Shown here: one piece after another, positions 1 through 9,338 of the stretch
Layout: each line of letters opens with the position of its first letter
Numbering within the stretch: position 1 is the stretch's first letter
Translations under genes and position numbers: made by a program
Assembly: GCA_963706595.1 (NCBI GenBank)
Contig: OY970166.1
Coordinates: forward strand, 640,001-704,000
DNA length: 64,000 nt
Reading direction: 5' to 3'
Source: an uncultured cyanobacterium
Lineage (GTDB): Bacteria; Cyanobacteriota; Cyanobacteriia; Cyanobacteriales; Nostocaceae
Notes under the pieces: model-generated
Databases searched by the model: none
Seen by the model: the letters and a program-made list of their open reading frames with translations, nothing else
What the model was told of the DNA's origin: nothing

Positions 1-650
1 TCAACATCCTGGAAAAATAGCAGGGAAACTATTGTTACTAATACTAATGCTACTAATTGTGGTGGGACAAGACGCTTGATTTTAGATGGCATTAAGAAAA
101 TAATTGCCAAGGTCATCACTCCCAAAGCTGTTTCCACAGGATTAATATTGGCGAACAGCTGGGGTAAATTTTGCACCGTTCCTAATACGCCACCTTTAGG
201 ACTGGATTGACCCAGAAAAGGAGCAATTTGCAACAAGACCAGGATGACTCCAATCCCAGACATGAAACCGGAAATTACGCTGTAGGGCATGAGGGTAATA
301 TATTTACCCAGCTTGAATACTCCCAATAAGATTTGGAACACCCCGGCCAGCATCACTACTGTAAATGCCATTGCCAAGCCGTTTTCTGGGTTATTGGCGA
401 TCATGGAACTGACAATAGCAGTCATGACTACGGTCATCGGCCCGGTAGGTTCAGAAATCAGGGTTGGTGTCCCACCAAATAAGGCAGCGAAAAAGCCAAC
501 GCAAACTGCACCATAAAGACCAGCCGCAGGCCCAGCACCAGAGGCTGCTCCGAACGCTAACGCTAGGGGTAAGGAAACGATCGCGGCAGTTAAACCACCG
601 AATAAATCGCCTCGTAAGTTTCTAAAATGGATTGTATTAATTAATGTCAT
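1..650 (-). CDS. bicA: SulP/SLC26-family bicarbonate transporter BicA (5' part, runs off the window)
   Basis: Manual translation from ATG at 650: MTLINTIHFRNLRGDLFGGLTAAIVSLPLALAFGAASGAGPAAGLYGAVCVGFFAALFGGTPTLISEPTGPMTVVM, the SulP N-terminal signature as in cyanobacterial BicA. Confidence 0.8.
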   Translation of the reverse strand, partial: MTLINTIHFRNLRGDLFGGLTAAIVSLPLALAFGAASGAGPAAGLYGAVCVGFFAALFGGTPTLISEPTGPMTVVMTAIVSSMIANNPENGLAMAFTVVMLAGVFQILLGVFKLGKYITLMPYSVISGFMSGIGVILVLLQIAPFLGQSSPKGGVLGTVQNLPQLFANINPVETALGVMTLAIIFLMPSKIKRLVPPQLVALVLVTIVSLLFFQDV

Positions 651-1092
651 CCTTGGGTTGTGCTTAGGAAAATAGTAAAATTCGGATTGATGAAAATTGC
701 CAACTACTTTAAAGAAGTTTCATGTTTTATGGGCATAATAAATTCAGCAAAAAAAGTTTAGTTCTTTGCAAAGTAGCAGAATACAGTGGATTTATAGATG
801 GAGATTCGCTGAATACGAATTAAAGAGCTACGCGGAATCATTAGTCCTTAGCTAACCACACCCACGGGGGATATAGTTGGAAGAACAGTTTTTCGTCCTC
901 AGTTTTTCCGCCCACTAGGGCCGGGGTATGCAGCCTCGACAAATGACTAGTGACTACTGAATCACTAATATACAAGGCTTAGGTGAAGACAAAAATGTTG
1001 ACTAACAAAATTTACATAAACTGCCAGTTTTATTGATCGCCAATTTTCGTGACGTTAAAAATAGTTTACAGCCTAGTGGGTCAATATAATTC

Positions 1093-1149
1093 ATAGACTA
1101 ATTTAAATATAAAAGAAATATTAAATTGCTTTCATAGACAAAAGCTTAT
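1093..1149. promoter_or_regulatory. Candidate LysR (CcmR/NdhR-type) binding sites upstream of bicA
   Basis: ATAG-acaaaagc-TTAT (1134-1149, one mismatch to ATAG-N8-CTAT) and a weaker ATAG-actaattt-AAAT (1093-1108) in the AT-rich upstream region. Confidence 0.35.
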
Positions 1150-1414
1150 GGATGTTAAATAAATTTAATGTAAATAATACATTATATAAATAAAAATTAT
1201 ATGAAATTTGAAATGAAGGTTTTTTGCCCAAAATATAGTGGTTGTTTCTTAAGTGCGAAACAATCAAATGTACTACACGGGGATCGAGGGATTACTCACT
1301 GTAATCCATGAAATCTTAAGGTTCACATGAACTGGACAAGCTATAAAAACAATAAATTAGACCAGAATAAATATCAATGGTAAAATGCACCCAAATAACT
1401 AATACTGTGGATAA

Positions 1415-2905
1415 TTACCCAGATTGTCGCCAATTGACTGGAGCTTCCAAATAATCAGGTAGACGAGTTGTGCGATCGCCTAGTGCCATTCTAATCTGTT
1501 GTAACTGGACATTTTTTGCTCCTGTCAAAATAGCCCCTTCCAGTTTGACCTCACAGAGGTTAGCATCCGAAAGGTTAGCGCCCATGAGGTTAGTCCCCGA
1601 AAGGTTAGCTTGAAAAAGACTAGCCCTATTCAAGTCTGAACCCATCAAATTGGCTCTATCTAAGTCAGCTTCAGCAAAACTGGCTTCGCTGAGGTCAGCA
1701 AAAAAGATTTCTGTTTGTTGCAATTTAGCCGCATTCAGGTTGGCCCCATTCAGGTTAGCCCCATTCAGGTTAGCTCCATTCAGGTTAGCTCCAATTAGAC
1801 CAGCAAATTGCAGATTGGCTTTACCCAGCTTCGCCCATTGCAAGTTAGCTAGAAACAACTTTGCGCCAGAGAGGTTAGCAACTTTCAATGTCGCTTGTTG
1901 CAAATTGGCTTTATAAAGGTTAGCCCCAGAGAGATTAGCCGCACGCAGACTTGCTCCCAAAAGGTTTGCACCTCGTAAATTCGTCCCACAAAGGTTAGCG
2001 TTGTTCAGGTTAGCCCAACAGAGGTTGGCTCGATTCAGGTTCGCTTTCAGCAGGTTGGCTGCATAAAGAATAGCGCCAGTCAGTAAAGCACCATCAAGAT
2101 TGGCCTCACACAGGTAAGAACCTCGCAAGTTGGCTCCACAAAGATTAGCACCGCGCAAATCGGCTCTTTCTAGGTTCGCTTCAAGCAAATCGGCTCGCCG
2201 GATATCAGTATTACGTAAATCCAGTTTTTGATCTTCCTCTTCTAGCAGAGAATTACGCCGTCCAATTACAGTCAAGGCTGCTTGAATATCCCGACGCATT
2301 TTTGGTATTACTTCGCCAGTATTCTGTTCTTCCTTTTGTGTCCGATGCGCCCCGCTTTTGTATCTACCCAAGTAGATGGGTTTTAAGTTTTCTAACCTTT
2401 GTTGTTCTTCCTCTGTTTGAATGGGAGCATTTTCCCGCACAAAAGCTGTGAGGATTTCCATGATTGTCCAGTGTTCTTTGGGAAAATCTTGTGCAACTCT
2501 TTCTAAAACATAAATTGCACCTGTCCGGGTTTCAATTTTTTCATGCCCAAGCTGGGTAATTGCCCCCATAAAGCGTTCTACAATCAGCTTGTCTTGACTG
2601 CATTGGGAATTTTGAATGCTAATTTCGTTGCTTTTTTCAGCCGCCAAAGCATTTTTGTGCATAGCTTCTGCACGCTTTGCCGCATAGTAAGCATTAATCA
2701 AAACTGCCAATCCGAGAAAAACTATGGATGTGGTTGTTAATACCTGATTTCGAGATTGTATTCTTTGGTCAACTGTCAATTCCTCAAGGTAGGACGATGC
2801 AAAAACAATCAGAGTTAGTGAAAGCACAAATATAACTGTTATGGCTATCAACCAACGCCAGAATTTGTCTGTTTTATAAGCAGACATAGCAGTAATATTC
2901 CTCAC
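1415..2905 (-). CDS. Membrane-anchored pentapeptide repeat protein
   Basis: Two N-terminal hydrophobic segments and a long A(N/D)LxX repeat tract at the C-terminus. Confidence 0.9.
   Translation of the reverse strand: MRNITAMSAYKTDKFWRWLIAITVIFVLSLTLIVFASSYLEELTVDQRIQSRNQVLTTTSIVFLGLAVLINAYYAAKRAEAMHKNALAAEKSNEISIQNSQCSQDKLIVERFMGAITQLGHEKIETRTGAIYVLERVAQDFPKEHWTIMEILTAFVRENAPIQTEEEQQRLENLKPIYLGRYKSGAHRTQKEEQNTGEVIPKMRRDIQAALTVIGRRNSLLEEEDQKLDLRNTDIRRADLLEANLERADLRGANLCGANLRGSYLCEANLDGALLTGAILYAANLLKANLNRANLCWANLNNANLCGTNLRGANLLGASLRAANLSGANLYKANLQQATLKVANLSGAKLFLANLQWAKLGKANLQFAGLIGANLNGANLNGANLNGANLNAAKLQQTEIFFADLSEASFAEADLDRANLMGSDLNRASLFQANLSGTNLMGANLSDANLCEVKLEGAILTGAKNVQLQQIRMALGDRTTRLPDYLEAPVNWRQSG
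1472..1479. repeat. HIP1 octamer GCGATCGC (one example; dozens across the window)
   Basis: GCGATCGC at 1472, 3085 and many other positions; a cyanobacterial hallmark. Confidence 0.95.
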
Positions 2906-3197
2906 AATACAGAATTATTACTTAGAGTTTAGGAAAAATTAGTATATCATTTAGCTGAAAATTTGAATATGCCCCACAACTAAGAATTTTTGAACATATA
3001 CCATAAGAATGAAGTCAGACTATTTTTTTGGATTCAATGGCATTAAATATAACAGTAATTTAATTTATTAGGTAGATTAATCACGCGATCGCCTCTGGTG
3101 GGGCTTTGCCCATGGCCTGTATAAGGGTAAAGTGATGATCCCACACCCTTGAAGTGTGGACGGTGATCCGAATTTAACAGTCTAGAGATGATTTTTC

Positions 3198-3947
3198 TCA
3201 TCCCAATTTGGCTTCTCGGAGATTTGCTCCTTTGAGTATGGCATCACCGAGAGTAGCTCCCTGTAGATTTGCTAGATATAAGTTAGCCTGTTCCAAATTA
3301 GCGCCCGCCAGATTAGCCCCAGAGAGGTTAGCAGCACTGAGAATTGCTCCAGAGAGGTTAGCGCCCGTCAGGTTAGCCCCAGAGAGGTTAGCAGCACTAA
3401 GAATTGCTCCAGAGAGGTTAGCCCCACAAAGGTTAGCTTGAGAAAGATTAACTTGATAGAGATTTGTCAGTTCTAGGTTGGCTTGATCAAGATTAGCCCC
3501 TCTCATATCCGTGTGGCTCAAATCCAGTAGTCCGTCTGACTCGTCTTGATCAGTATTTCTTCTCCCAATTACCGTCAGGGCTAATTGAATATCTCTAGGA
3601 ATTGTTGGTGATGGATAACTGTGAAACTGATTTCGATTCAGATCAGCAGCATAATTTTGCACAAAATTCGAGAGAATACCCATTATTTCCTGATGATATT
3701 GCGGATAATTTTGAGAAAATTCCTCTAAATCATAAATTACTGCTAGTCTGTTATCCAGATTTTCATGATTTAAATTTTTTGCAACTAGAAATAAAGGTGT
3801 TTGTCGCGTAGGAAATGTAATATCTACTACATTATTTTCGTTAACAACTATCCCCAGAATGATTTTTTGTAATGGTATCTGATTATTTATAAAATGCCGT
3901 TTTAATTGCTCTAATGCCTTGTAAGTATTAATAATTGCCATCAACAT
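3198..3947 (-). CDS. Pentapeptide repeat protein, paralog of the adjacent gene
   Basis: ANLSG/AILSA repeats; shares the DIQxALTVIGRR...LDL segment with 1415..2905. Confidence 0.85.
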   Translation of the reverse strand: MLMAIINTYKALEQLKRHFINNQIPLQKIILGIVVNENNVVDITFPTRQTPLFLVAKNLNHENLDNRLAVIYDLEEFSQNYPQYHQEIMGILSNFVQNYAADLNRNQFHSYPSPTIPRDIQLALTVIGRRNTDQDESDGLLDLSHTDMRGANLDQANLELTNLYQVNLSQANLCGANLSGAILSAANLSGANLTGANLSGAILSAANLSGANLAGANLEQANLYLANLQGATLGDAILKGANLREAKLG

Positions 3948-4160
3948 ACAGATACTTCTGGAACTTTTAGTAATGTACCTATTGTGGTTGGTGAGAAAAA
4001 TTTAAACATTAGTAAAATTAAGGATTTTTGCTGTTAAAAAACACAGAAAATATCACAGACTTCTTTGGCAATATAACTAAAATGAAGTTACTCATATATC
4101 TTAATTAGTATAAATTCATTCGATAAAGTATTGTCTTCTTAAGACTAAGCTGATTTTGTC

Positions 4161-4333
4161 TAACCCTCTTTTATGACTCTGATGAAGGAAAAAAGAGTAG
4201 GTTGGGTTGAAGCCTTGTGAAACCCAACGAAACCAAGGATTATGGGTGTTGGTTTACGCCTTCGGCAAACTACGTTAACGTTCCTCTACCCAACCTACGT
4301 CTAAATTGATCAAAGTCATAAAAAATAAGGGTT
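4161..4333. mobile_element. MITE-like element containing a GTAG..CTAC REP-like palindrome and an SDR-like insert
   Basis: Imperfect terminal inverted repeats AACCCTCTTTTATGACTCTGAT / ATCAAAGTCATAAAAAATAAGGGTT around gtaggttgggtt...cccaacctac. Confidence 0.6.
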
Positions 4334-4532
4334 CATGATTTTTATATGACGAGAATAATAAAACAGCGCTAATGATTTTGTAACAATAGAAATTTCACTA
4401 AATAGACAATTTTTTATTTTAAAAAATACATAATAAAATTAGCCCTAATCAGGACATAGTAATATAAAAATGAAAGAGTTACTGAATGAGCAAAATTCTT
4501 ATTAGTGTACCAATTCAAAAAGTATATGGCTT

Positions 4533-5723
4533 ATGAACAAAGATTTGGTGTTAATTGGTGGCGGGCATAGCCATGCGATTGTCTTGGAAATGTTTGGCAG
4601 GAACCCTTTACCAGGAGTACGTTTGACTTTGATTAGCCCAGCCTCAGATACACCCTACTCTGGGATGCTACCAGGACACATTGCGGGATTTTATGGATAC
4701 GATGAATGCCACATTAATTTAGGAAAATTGGCTAATTTTGCTCAAGCACAGTTCTATCTTGATAAAGCAGTGGGACTGGATTTGAAGAACCACAAAGTGA
4801 TTTGTGCTAACCGTGCAGCCGTAAACTTTGATGTCTTGTCTGTTGATATTGGCAGTACTCCAGCCACGATATCTGTATCGGGAGCCACAGAATATGCAAT
4901 TGCGGCTAAACCAGTGCCAAGATTATTGAAATATTGGTATCAGCTAGTAGAAAGTGTAGCCAAAAATCCCCAACAGCTTATTAGCATAGCGATTGTGGGT
5001 GGTGGCGCTGGTGGTGTGGAGTTAGCGCTATCGATGCAAACTCATTTACATGGGATTTTGCAACAAAATCAGCAACCAATTCAAAATCTGGAAGTTCATT
5101 TATTCCAGCGTCAAGAAACACTGTTGCCTAATTACCATCATTCAGTGCAACGTCAATTTCAGCAGATTTTAATTAAGCGCGGTATCAATTTGCATTTAGG
5201 GGAAACTGTATGCCAAATTGCACCACTGTCTAGCACATTAGCTAATAGAGAAACTAAAGAAATCTTTGAGATTAAATGTGAATCTGGGTTATTGGTAGAA
5301 TGTCATAAAATTTTTTGGGTAACGCAAGCATCAGCACCCCAATGGTTAAAAACCACAGGACTTGGTACTGATGACCAAGGATTTATTTTGGTAGAAGATA
5401 CATTACAATCTCAAACTCACCCAGAAGTATTTGCGGCGGGTGATATTGCGACAATGGTCAATCATCCTCGTCCTAAAGCTGGGGTGTTTGCTGTGCGCCA
5501 AGGTAAACCATTGTTTGAGAATTTACAAAGGACTTTATTAGGTAAGCCACTCAAACCTTATAAACCACAGCAACAATATCTCAGTTTAATTGGTACTGGT
5601 GACAAACGCGCGATCGCTTCCAAAGGAGCTTTAACTTCACCACCGCATAAACTCTTGTGGTGCTGGAAAGATTGGATTGACCGCCGCTTTATGGCGCGTT
5701 TTGGGGAGAAAATAGGGGAGTAG
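4533..5723 (+). CDS. FAD-dependent pyridine nucleotide-disulfide oxidoreductase (similar to the SelD-associated N-terminal domain)
   Basis: LVLIGGGHSH, YSGMLPG, IVGGGAGGVE, FAAGD and PKAGVFAVRQG motifs. Confidence 0.85.
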   Translation: MNKDLVLIGGGHSHAIVLEMFGRNPLPGVRLTLISPASDTPYSGMLPGHIAGFYGYDECHINLGKLANFAQAQFYLDKAVGLDLKNHKVICANRAAVNFDVLSVDIGSTPATISVSGATEYAIAAKPVPRLLKYWYQLVESVAKNPQQLISIAIVGGGAGGVELALSMQTHLHGILQQNQQPIQNLEVHLFQRQETLLPNYHHSVQRQFQQILIKRGINLHLGETVCQIAPLSSTLANRETKEIFEIKCESGLLVECHKIFWVTQASAPQWLKTTGLGTDDQGFILVEDTLQSQTHPEVFAAGDIATMVNHPRPKAGVFAVRQGKPLFENLQRTLLGKPLKPYKPQQQYLSLIGTGDKRAIASKGALTSPPHKLLWCWKDWIDRRFMARFGEKIGE

Positions 5724-5825
5724 AAAACTACTTTTTTGAGTTAAAAAATTCGAGTCGCCTTCAGGTAACAAAAGGAGAGAAAAAAAGAACAAGTGCAAAG
5801 TGCAAAAGAGGAAAAGTATAAAGGG

Positions 5826-8800
5826 CTACTGAAGAATCCTCCCAACAGCGCAAACAACACGAAAACCAATATAGTTGTGGTGGTTGTCGCGAGTATTGGG
5901 GCTGCGAAACGCGGAACGGCAGTAGTTAGGATAGTTGAACCAGGACCCGCCCCGCAGTATGGCTCTTACTTTTTTTTGGGAAAGATTATCATTATCATCA
6001 AACCAAGGACTGCCATCTATTGGCGCTCTCTTATAGTTATAGTGCCAGTCATCAAGACACCATTCCCATACATTTCCGTGCATATCGTATAACCCAAAAG
6101 CATTTGCTACCCCAAAACTGTTCACTTCTGTTGTTTCGCCTCGATATTCTCCTTCTATACCTGCGCCATAAGTGAGTTGAGCTAAATAGTTTGCAAGTTC
6201 TGATGTGATTGTTTCACCAAAGTGAAATGGGGTTGTAGTTCCGGCTCTACAGGCATACTCCCATTCCGCTTCACTGGGTAAACGATAGGTTTTGCCAGTA
6301 TGCTGGGATAGGCGATCGCAAAACTCCAGCGCATCGTACCAAGAGACTTTCTCTACAGGTCGATTCCCATCCTTAAACTTAGATGGGTCAGGTTCAAGTC
6401 TTCGGTTAACTTGCGGCAAAGATGCTACTGCTTGCCATTGCGCCTGTGTTATGGGGTATTTGCCCATGAAAAACGCTGGGACAGTTACTTGGTGTTGTGG
6501 ACTTTCATTACTTGAACGCTCCGGTTCCTCTTTTGGCGACCCCATGATAAAACTACCTTCAGGAATAGCAACCATTTCTAAGGTGACGTTGTTACCAAGA
6601 TTTTCTGTGTCGTATTCGGCGAATTTGGTGTCTCGCTTGATAATTTTGCCTTGACGGTTAACAGTGACAGTTTCAAACTCAAAGGACTTTAGCTCATCAC
6701 TTTCTTTTGCCAAAGATTGAACATCTTTAAATTCTTCTTTAGAATCAAAAGCAGCGATGGTATTTCTCACTAAATTTTCGCCCTCTCCATCCTGATTTCT
6801 TTGGGCTGCTTTTAAAGCTAAATCCAATCTCACCAAAGGATCTTGATTCGCTTCAATCCAACGCCAATACTGAATTAATGTAACTGTGATTCTAGCACTG
6901 CGACAGATTTGATCTGAACTCAATTCGTTGTCATAACCCCATTCAAGAAACAAAATTAAATTTGAGTTTTCTTGCAGAAGTAACTGCCGTCCCTTATTAT
7001 TATCTCCATTGCCAAAAAGCTTGAGAATTGTGTCACAGAAATTATCCTGATAAAAATCCAACACTTTAGGAGCTAGATAATCTATCCCTCTTGCTTTCTG
7101 TAATTTACTTTCTGCATAAGTACGGGCAGGTTCGGGCAAAGTTACTCTCCAATCAGATGCAGTAGAAGATTTTTCTGCCATAGAAAACTTGAGCAATTCC
7201 ATTAAAGCTTTCTGACCACTCCTACCTTCAATAGCCCTAGCCAAATCCCGACTTAAGCCACTAGGAAAGAAAGCCAACAAAGGAAATATATCTTGCCCTT
7301 CTACCGATAACATTTCAAAAGAACGCTCTAAAGTTATCTGCAAACTTCTTTCTCTTCTTTGTTCAGGAGAATAAGAACCCAGAACTTCCAGTGGTTCAAT
7401 TTCCAAGTCTTCACACAGCATCTTCAGAGTACTTTGAGTTTCTGCCATATAAGATGCTGCTAGTTTAATGGGTAAGGGATAGCCATCAAGAAACTTGACT
7501 AAAAGATTAAAATCTTCCTCCAAATCATCACTATCTCCCCATTGTGCTTGTGATGGAGCATACTTTCTAAATATTTCTCTGGTTTCTAACACTCCCATGC
7601 TGCAAACTTCTTCTTGATGACAATAAAGAATATCCCTTACTAAAGAATTACGAGAAGTTAGCAACAGTCTTAAATTAGGACACTGTTCTAAAAGCGAGTT
7701 TAAAAATTCAATTAGTTCATTATATTCTTTCTCAATCAATCTATCTAAATCATCGAAAATTAGAAATACTCGACTATTCCTTAACTCTTTCTCTAAAGCG
7801 AAACTCTTTAATTCCAGATTCTGTTGAACTTTGGTAATCAAGGTTCCTACAGAATCAGTATCACGCAAACTAATAAACCAAACTCCATCCTGATAGCGAT
7901 TGCGCTCATGTAACCACTGACCAATGGCATAAGCTAATGCAGTTTTACCTATTCCTCCCATACCATGTAGAGCAATACAACGTTTATCTGACTCTACCAG
8001 GACTTTAATTACCTGATGTATTTCTTGTCTGCGCCCGACAAAGTTAGGATTGTCACGGGTAATATTAGTATTTGACCACTGGGGATAGATAACCTGGTGA
8101 GAATTAGCTGGTTCTATAATCAGCGATTCATTATGGGAAACTTGGGGGAGTAATCGAAATTTAAAGGCTTCATCAAAATTAACCCCTGCCTCAAAAGTCT
8201 GAGAGTTAAACTGCTTTTTTAAGTTATCATCAAGTTTAACAGCTTTACGACTCGATAAAAATCCATCACCAACTGAATCTTCATTGAATAATGCTTGATA
8301 AAGTCTTCGAGAAAAACATCGGGCTGCAATATCTAAGATTGTATCTTCAGCGTTAACAGCAATTACATGAGACACTCCTACTTTGACAAAAGCTTGAGCT
8401 AATTTCTCTGAATGACAGGCATTCAATAATGCTAATTGACAAGGTGGTTGCTTCAGATTTGATAAAGCGATGGCAAGTTCTTCTTCACTAAAAGCACGAG
8501 TCATTCCTACTGAATCTTCTAGCACCAAAGCTGTGCTATCCTCATCTTTCATTCCATGACCAATAAAATGAATAATCAATGGTTTGGAACGATTGGAAAA
8601 CACATCTTGTAGCGTCTGAGAGGTGGCGACTTTCACCACTATTTCCACTGATATAGGATGAGATATATCTTCTAAAACTGAAGCGACCGCATCAATTTCT
8701 TTCTGGATTGATAAATTCTCGACTGGTAATGATTTTTCATCGAGTAGAGGTGCTGAAAATAATATCAGAATTTGATTATTGAAGGCATGATCTTTTTTAA

Positions 8801-8858
8801 TATCTTCTTCTACCCCTGGATTCAGGGGAACCCGTTGACCCACTTTTGAGACAACCAT
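5826..8858 (-). CDS. CHAT (caspase-like) protease + NB-ARC/STAND NTPase + FGE-sulfatase (CLec-fold) multidomain protein
   Basis: CHAT dyad IIHFIGHG / LLNACHS; FVGR, Walker A GMGGIGKT, Walker B FLIFDDLD; C-terminal RLPSEAEWEYACRAG, NAFGLYDMHGNVWEWC, RGGSW...GFRVV. Confidence 0.92.
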   Translation of the reverse strand: MVVSKVGQRVPLNPGVEEDIKKDHAFNNQILILFSAPLLDEKSLPVENLSIQKEIDAVASVLEDISHPISVEIVVKVATSQTLQDVFSNRSKPLIIHFIGHGMKDEDSTALVLEDSVGMTRAFSEEELAIALSNLKQPPCQLALLNACHSEKLAQAFVKVGVSHVIAVNAEDTILDIAARCFSRRLYQALFNEDSVGDGFLSSRKAVKLDDNLKKQFNSQTFEAGVNFDEAFKFRLLPQVSHNESLIIEPANSHQVIYPQWSNTNITRDNPNFVGRRQEIHQVIKVLVESDKRCIALHGMGGIGKTALAYAIGQWLHERNRYQDGVWFISLRDTDSVGTLITKVQQNLELKSFALEKELRNSRVFLIFDDLDRLIEKEYNELIEFLNSLLEQCPNLRLLLTSRNSLVRDILYCHQEEVCSMGVLETREIFRKYAPSQAQWGDSDDLEEDFNLLVKFLDGYPLPIKLAASYMAETQSTLKMLCEDLEIEPLEVLGSYSPEQRRERSLQITLERSFEMLSVEGQDIFPLLAFFPSGLSRDLARAIEGRSGQKALMELLKFSMAEKSSTASDWRVTLPEPARTYAESKLQKARGIDYLAPKVLDFYQDNFCDTILKLFGNGDNNKGRQLLLQENSNLILFLEWGYDNELSSDQICRSARITVTLIQYWRWIEANQDPLVRLDLALKAAQRNQDGEGENLVRNTIAAFDSKEEFKDVQSLAKESDELKSFEFETVTVNRQGKIIKRDTKFAEYDTENLGNNVTLEMVAIPEGSFIMGSPKEEPERSSNESPQHQVTVPAFFMGKYPITQAQWQAVASLPQVNRRLEPDPSKFKDGNRPVEKVSWYDALEFCDRLSQHTGKTYRLPSEAEWEYACRAGTTTPFHFGETITSELANYLAQLTYGAGIEGEYRGETTEVNSFGVANAFGLYDMHGNVWEWCLDDWHYNYKRAPIDGSPWFDDNDNLSQKKVRAILRGGSWFNYPNYCRSAFRSPNTRDNHHNYIGFRVVCAVGRILQ

Positions 8859-8862
8859 TCCT

Positions 8863-9237
8863 CTATTTCCTCTTCAGTAGCTCTATTATTGAGTTCAACC
8901 ATTCCTCTAACTCCTCATCACTAGCATTATCGAGGTCTAGGGGAGGAAGTTTTGGGTGTGTTAACTTACCTTCTGGTTTTATTCCTTTTTCTCGAAGTTT
9001 TCGCCGCCAATTATTAATCGCTTTAGCGACTTTTATAGAGTACTCTATCAAATTGGCTGCTGCGGCTGCCCCTCCAATTACTGTAGCCACAAAAACTATG
9101 TCATCTGCACCAAAGACACGATTTAATGACTTCTGCACATTTATTGAACTCATCGTTAGTGATGTTTCCAATGAGTCGATTTCATCTGGTGGCAGTTGGG
9201 ATGAAATAATTATGCTACAGATAGGAATTTCGCTCAT
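8863..9237 (-). CDS. Small protein with a central hydrophobic helix, EACC1-like; probable partner of the CHAT protein
   Basis: 124 aa; FGADDIVFVATVIGGAAAAANLIEYSIKVAKAINNWRRK. Its stop lies 4 nt before the start of the CHAT gene. Confidence 0.7.
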   Translation of the reverse strand: MSEIPICSIIISSQLPPDEIDSLETSLTMSSINVQKSLNRVFGADDIVFVATVIGGAAAAANLIEYSIKVAKAINNWRRKLREKGIKPEGKLTHPKLPPLDLDNASDEELEEWLNSIIELLKRK

Positions 9238-9338
9238 TTGACTACACCCCTAATTTTGGTATAATTTGAAGCTACCGTAAAATAATATCATTTTTTCCTA
9301 GCTTTTAGGCAATTTTCAGTTAATTATAGGTCAAATAA

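Noticed and set aside
795..870. c-di-AMP (ydaO) or fluoride riboswitch upstream of bicA
   Set aside because: Only short fragments resemble them (GCTGAAT on the wrong strand; CTAATGATTCC); the remaining conserved elements are absent.
1650..3441. Plus-strand ORFs with RLAP repeats
   Set aside because: Antisense shadows of the pentapeptide repeat genes.
5793..9241. Plus-strand ORFs 5793-6092, 6292-6654 and 8846-9241
   Set aside because: Antisense to well-supported minus-strand genes and without domain motifs.
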